Below are positions 60,272-64,000 of a stretch of DNA of 64,000 nt, piece after piece; positions within the stretch are counted from its first letter, which is position 1; each line of letters opens with the position of its first letter. A program made the position numbers and the translations under genes. This DNA comes from an uncultured Zetaproteobacteria bacterium. Lineage in GTDB: Bacteria; Pseudomonadota; Zetaproteobacteria; Mariprofundales; Mariprofundaceae. The notes under the pieces were generated by a model. The model saw only the letters and a list, made by a program, of their open reading frames with translations, was not told where the DNA came from and did not search any database. The stretch is taken from the NCBI GenBank assembly GCA_964559845.1, contig CAZLJF010000002.1:1544-65543 (forward strand), in the 5' to 3' direction.

Positions 60272-61687
60272 CTACTTCCTCGGCGGATAAATCACAGTGA
60301 AAACCTGATCGCCATGGCGATCAATCAATACACGCAAGGCAATACCGTCGTTCAGCACCTTTGCATATTTCTCAAATGCTTTCACTGTTGCAACAACCCT
60401 GCCATTAACCTTAACAATCACATCGCCACGTTCAATACCGGCACGGATGGCGGGAGAGCCCCGATGCATCTGCCGGACCACAACACCCCGCTTACTGCGA
60501 ACGCGAAGCGCTTCGGCTGTTTCCGGCGTCAATGTCTCCAGCACCAGACCATGGGATGCCTCTCTTTTCCCATTCTGTTTTGATGCACTCAGCGTTTCAT
60601 CATCCGGCATTGCCTCGACAATAACGGGAATCGTGATGTGTTTGCCATCACGGATAATCTCGACACGAACCCTGTCACCCGGCTTGTGCCGGGCTACGCG
60701 GATTGGCAAATCATGCGCCTGTTTAATCTCATGCTCGTCAAGCCGAACGATCACATCACCAGCATGAATACCCGCCTTATCAGCAGCAGAACCAGCCTCA
60801 ACCTGTGGAATCAAGGCACCATAGCGATTCTTCAGCCCCAGTGCCTCCATCGTCTCTTTATCAATATCGCGAATCATGACGCCGAGCCGGGCACGGCGAA
60901 CCTTGCCGTTTTCGCGCAGATCATCAAATACAGATTTGGCAAGGTTGATCGGGATGGCGAAACCGATGCCATTATTGCCGCCACTACGGGAATAGATGGC
61001 GGTATTGATACCGATAACCTCTCCCTTGGCATTAAAGAGCGGCCCACCGGAATTTCCCGGGTTAATGGCGGCATCGGTCTGGATAAAATTGTCATACGGG
61101 CCGGCGCCGATCACACGCCCCTTGGCTGAGACGATGCCCGCAGTCACGGTCTGTTCCAGACCAAACGGATTACCGATCGCAACCACCCAGTCACCGACAC
61201 GCAGGCGATCCGAATCGCCCAGTTTTACAGCACGCAACCCCTTGGCATCAATCTTCAGCAGTGCCAGATCAAGCTTGGCATCCGAACCGATAATTTCTGC
61301 CTCAAACTCTTCACCGTCACTGTTGCGCACCACCACCTCATCGGCACCATCCACAACATGGTTGTTGGTGATCACATAGCCATCTTTTGAAAGAATAAAA
61401 CCGGATCCGAGCGAATGACGCTCCTGAGGCTGTTGATTGCGGAACATATCCCTGAACAATTCATCAAATGGAGAGCCAAAAGGCATCTGCGGTATCATCT
61501 GCTGCGGGCGTGTTATTTTTGTTGTACTGATATTAACCACAGAATATTTCTGGCTCGCTGCCAGCTCCGCAAAGCTTTGAGGCATCGCCTGCAACAATCC
61601 CGGAACAAACATCAGCATAAAAATAGCGCCAAATAATCTGAATGTTTTCAATCTACTCTCCTTTGAAAGTGAAATAACAGTTGGCAA
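60272..61687 (-). CDS. degP: Periplasmic serine endoprotease DegP/DegQ (HtrA family)
   Basis: Signal peptide, the catalytic triad context (TNNHVV, D...LALLKI, GNSGGPL) and two PDZ domains. Confidence 0.9.
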   Translation of the reverse strand: MPTVISLSKESRLKTFRLFGAIFMLMFVPGLLQAMPQSFAELAASQKYSVVNISTTKITRPQQMIPQMPFGSPFDELFRDMFRNQQPQERHSLGSGFILSKDGYVITNNHVVDGADEVVVRNSDGEEFEAEIIGSDAKLDLALLKIDAKGLRAVKLGDSDRLRVGDWVVAIGNPFGLEQTVTAGIVSAKGRVIGAGPYDNFIQTDAAINPGNSGGPLFNAKGEVIGINTAIYSRSGGNNGIGFAIPINLAKSVFDDLRENGKVRRARLGVMIRDIDKETMEALGLKNRYGALIPQVEAGSAADKAGIHAGDVIVRLDEHEIKQAHDLPIRVARHKPGDRVRVEIIRDGKHITIPVIVEAMPDDETLSASKQNGKREASHGLVLETLTPETAEALRVRSKRGVVVRQMHRGSPAIRAGIERGDVIVKVNGRVVATVKAFEKYAKVLNDGIALRVLIDRHGDQVFTVIYPPRK

Positions 61688-61769
61688 TAACAGAACGGAT
61701 CATTCAGTATATAGATGAACAGATCATGAAAAAAAGACGAATTTTTCATAATTTACTCATCCCGCCAGA

Positions 61770-62084
61770 TCATTCCCTCTCTATTCCTGACTTTCGCTCT
61801 TTTTTCGCCCTGATACGTGCCTTTTTATCATCTGCCGCATGGGCATCTCTCGGCTTTTTGGGCAGGGCGCGATAAATCTCGATTCGGTCACCCTCCCGCA
61901 ACTGCTGATCCAGTTTCACCAGTTTGGCAAATATGCCAACCCTGTTCACACTCAGATCAATCTCCGGATACTTCTCAAGCATGTGACTCATATGAATGGC
62001 CTGTTCCACGCTTGTATCATCCGGCACATTCAACGCTTCCAGTGTCTGTTCATAGGGAAGGGCATAGATAACGGTTACATGCAT
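61770..62084 (-). CDS. rnfH: RnfH/RatB family ubiquitin-fold protein (UPF0125)
   Basis: MHVTVIYALPYEQ...VGIFAKLVKLDQQLREGDRIEIYRAL. Start at ATG 62084 with a GGGAG SD (the ORF-track GTG is at 62108). Confidence 0.8.
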   Translation of the reverse strand: MHVTVIYALPYEQTLEALNVPDDTSVEQAIHMSHMLEKYPEIDLSVNRVGIFAKLVKLDQQLREGDRIEIYRALPKKPRDAHAADDKKARIRAKKERKSGIERE

Positions 62085-62097
62085 CCGACTACTCCCT

Positions 62098-62532
62098 TCA
62101 GGTTGCACTGACCATCAATGCGCGCTTCTCAAAGGCGTGCACCATGGATTTGCAGGCTGTCGAGAAGATCGGGCTGGCGACGATATCAAGCATCATGTTT
62201 TTGAACTCGAACTCAATCGAAAAGTGAACCTTACAGGAGGACTCCCCCAGTGCTTCAAAGCTCCAAAGGCTCTCCAGAAACTTGAATGGCCCATCAAGAA
62301 GACGAATCTCCACCAGTTTTCCGGGCATAAAGCGATCCAGTGTCTGGAAGCTGTGCTGCCGCCCTGCCAGCTCGGCAACCAGTTCGGCAGTAAGCTCGTC
62401 ATCATCACGCGTCAAAATACGGGCAGCAGCCACCCATGGAAGAAAATCAGGGTATGATTCAATGTCCATCACCGCATCATACATCGCCTGCGCACTGCAT
62501 GGCAGCACCCGTGTCTCTTCAAAACTGTGCAT
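62098..62532 (-). CDS. ratA: SRPBCC/START-fold protein RatA (ubiquinone-binding/ribosome-association family)
   Basis: 144 aa, polyketide-cyclase-like (YPDFLPW), upstream of rnfH as in the conserved ratA-ratB pair. Confidence 0.8.
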   Translation of the reverse strand: MHSFEETRVLPCSAQAMYDAVMDIESYPDFLPWVAAARILTRDDDELTAELVAELAGRQHSFQTLDRFMPGKLVEIRLLDGPFKFLESLWSFEALGESSCKVHFSIEFEFKNMMLDIVASPIFSTACKSMVHAFEKRALMVSAT

Positions 62533-63926
62533 CAGCGTCTCCGCTTGCGCCTGTATTCGACATCATCATTACGATGCCGCTCCTTCTCCGGTGCATAGGG
62601 GTTTTTACTGCTGGAGAAAACAATCCGGATCGGCACGCCAGGAAGTGAAAAATACTTCTTGAAATCTTCAGCAAGATAGCGGATATAGGATGTTTTAATC
62701 CCTTTGGGACGGTTGCAGAAGATTTTAAGGGTCGGCGGTGATGTTGAAATCTGGGAAACATATTTAAGCTTCACCACCGCACCATCGCTACTCGGAGCAT
62801 GCTGTTTTTTCTGGGCCCGCTCCAGCCAGCGGTTCAACTCGCCCGTTCCGGCCTCAAACGCATTATGCTGCGCAGCTTTCACTGCCTCGTTCAACAGCGG
62901 GCCAACACCTTTGCCCCGCTGTGCCGTAATTCTGAATACCGGCACATCGGTCAGGCTGCGCATGCGGAAATGCAGCCGGTCAACATAATAGCTCCACTCG
63001 TCACTGCTCAGCAGGTCCATTTTATTGACAGCCACAATCAGCGCGCAGCCCTCATCATGGGCCAGCTTCATCAGCCGCATATCCTGTTCAACAATGCCTT
63101 CCGACCCATCCAGCACCATCACTGCCACATCGGCACGGCGAAATGCCTGCACAGCCTTCACCCTGGCAACAAACTCGATCACATCGGAGATACGACCATG
63201 CTTCCGCTGTCCTGCCGTATCGACAAGGCGAATAATGCCATCCCCGTAGGGCAGATCGGCATCGATGGCATCACGAGTGGTTCCGGCAATCGGGCTGACC
63301 ACCATGCGCTCACGTTTAAGCCAGGCATTGATCAATGTCGATTTGCCGACATTGGGGCGGCCAATCACCGTGATACTGGCCAGCAGGTCTGCCGGCTCCT
63401 CTTCAGCCCGGGATGCCTTCTCACCGGCAATGGGTGATACCGCTTCATTCAGGCGCTGGAGCAGCTCTTTCACGCCCTGGCCATGTGCTGCAGAAACAGG
63501 CAGCGGCTCGCTCAGGCCAAGGGTGTAGAAGTCCATCGCCACATCGGGATTCTCGGCCTTGTTCACCACCAGTATGACCGGCAGGTTTTCACGCCTGAGT
63601 TTATCGGCGATATTCATATCAACCGGCGTTGTACCACTCTGCCCATCCACGGTAAACATCACCATATCCGCAATATCAAGCGCGGCCTCGACCTGTGCAT
63701 CAATAGCTGCCTGCATTTCGCCATGCTGGGTTTCACCAATGCCGCCGGTATCCACCAGGATCACCTGTTGGTTGCCGATCTGACACTCCGTCTCAAGGCG
63801 ATCTACGGTGACGCCCGGTCTGTCCCCGACAATGGCCTTGCGTTTGCCCACCAGACGGTTAAACAGCGTGGACTTGCCCACATTCGGGCGTCCGACAATG
63901 GCAATAACTGGAAGGTGCGTACTCAT
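62532..63926 (-). CDS. der: Ribosome biogenesis GTPase Der (EngA)
   Basis: Two tandem G domains (GRPNVGKST twice, DTGG/DTAG, NKAE/NKMD) plus a KH-like C-terminal domain. Confidence 0.95.
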   Translation of the reverse strand: MSTHLPVIAIVGRPNVGKSTLFNRLVGKRKAIVGDRPGVTVDRLETECQIGNQQVILVDTGGIGETQHGEMQAAIDAQVEAALDIADMVMFTVDGQSGTTPVDMNIADKLRRENLPVILVVNKAENPDVAMDFYTLGLSEPLPVSAAHGQGVKELLQRLNEAVSPIAGEKASRAEEEPADLLASITVIGRPNVGKSTLINAWLKRERMVVSPIAGTTRDAIDADLPYGDGIIRLVDTAGQRKHGRISDVIEFVARVKAVQAFRRADVAVMVLDGSEGIVEQDMRLMKLAHDEGCALIVAVNKMDLLSSDEWSYYVDRLHFRMRSLTDVPVFRITAQRGKGVGPLLNEAVKAAQHNAFEAGTGELNRWLERAQKKQHAPSSDGAVVKLKYVSQISTSPPTLKIFCNRPKGIKTSYIRYLAEDFKKYFSLPGVPIRIVFSSSKNPYAPEKERHRNDDVEYRRKRRR

Positions 63927-63939
63927 GAGAGGCAGACGA

Positions 63940-64000
63940 TCAACGCAGTAGTGTCAAAACACCCAGGCCGGTTCGGATCAATACTCCGGCAGATGTTACG
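63940..64000 (-). CDS. C-terminal end of an upstream gene (possibly bamB, by synteny only)
   Basis: Open minus-strand frame ...VTSAGVLIRTGLGVLTLLR* ending at TGA 63942-63940. Only 19 codons are visible. The bamB guess rests on the common bamB-der order. Confidence 0.25.
   Translation of the reverse strand, partial: VTSAGVLIRTGLGVLTLLR

Noticed and set aside
61770-62532. ratA-rnfH (ratAB) as a toxin-antitoxin or defence module.
   Set aside because: This is a conserved housekeeping pair of core composition, coupled to der. The historical TA annotation of RatA is doubtful, and there are no mobile-element hallmarks.

Overview
This is a 64-kb chromosomal segment of a Gram-negative, proteobacterial-type genome (lpoA, dolP, degP and der are present). 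By eye it is about 50-55% GC and almost fully coding, with about 60 genes, mostly on the minus strand. The ORF track counts GTG/TTG starts as M, so I moved several starts to internal ATGs where homology, Shine-Dalgarno sequences or neighbouring stop codons supported it.

Core content, in order:
- SulP permease (partial), apaH, a PilB/GspE-like ATPase fused to a receiver domain, and a Na/Pi cotransporter.
- rdgC, an S1-domain protein, rmuC, alaS-recX-recA-thpR-rlmE, and an ABC-2 exporter pair.
- erpA, apbE, and three tandem PilT-family ATPases.
- A lipid block on the minus strand, in transcription order yceD-rpmF-plsX-fabH-fabD-fabG-acpP-fabF-pabB, followed by a PlsC-like acyltransferase.
- A PilZ-like protein, orn, pdxB, and heptose genes.
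- The rsmI/lpoA/yraN/SIS/dolP envelope cluster.
- acnA, SPFH-NfeD, a minimal class III cyclase, a thioesterase, and a hybrid histidine kinase.
- tRNA-Gln, ligA, thiol-redox genes, degP, rnfH-ratA, and der.

There is one clear accessory segment, about 40.4-47.2 kb and visibly AT-richer. It holds nhaA plus a canonical Type III R-M system (mod-res). The R-M unit is bracketed by an 86/80-nt direct repeat of the nhaA 3' end, and a small orphan ORF sits beside the right repeat.

I found no CRISPR array, rRNA, integrase or transposase.

The best leads for unexplained biology are:
- the R-M insertion architecture;
- the PilB-like ATPase-REC fusion, whose His box is degenerate;
- a chain of five perfect hairpins inside the fab operon, whose 5' module recurs 26 kb away;
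- an unassigned gene wedged into the conserved yraN/diaA/dolP cluster;
- the PilZ-like gene and its structured upstream region.

None of these is demonstrated to be a new system. All functional calls rest on motif recognition by eye, not database searches.
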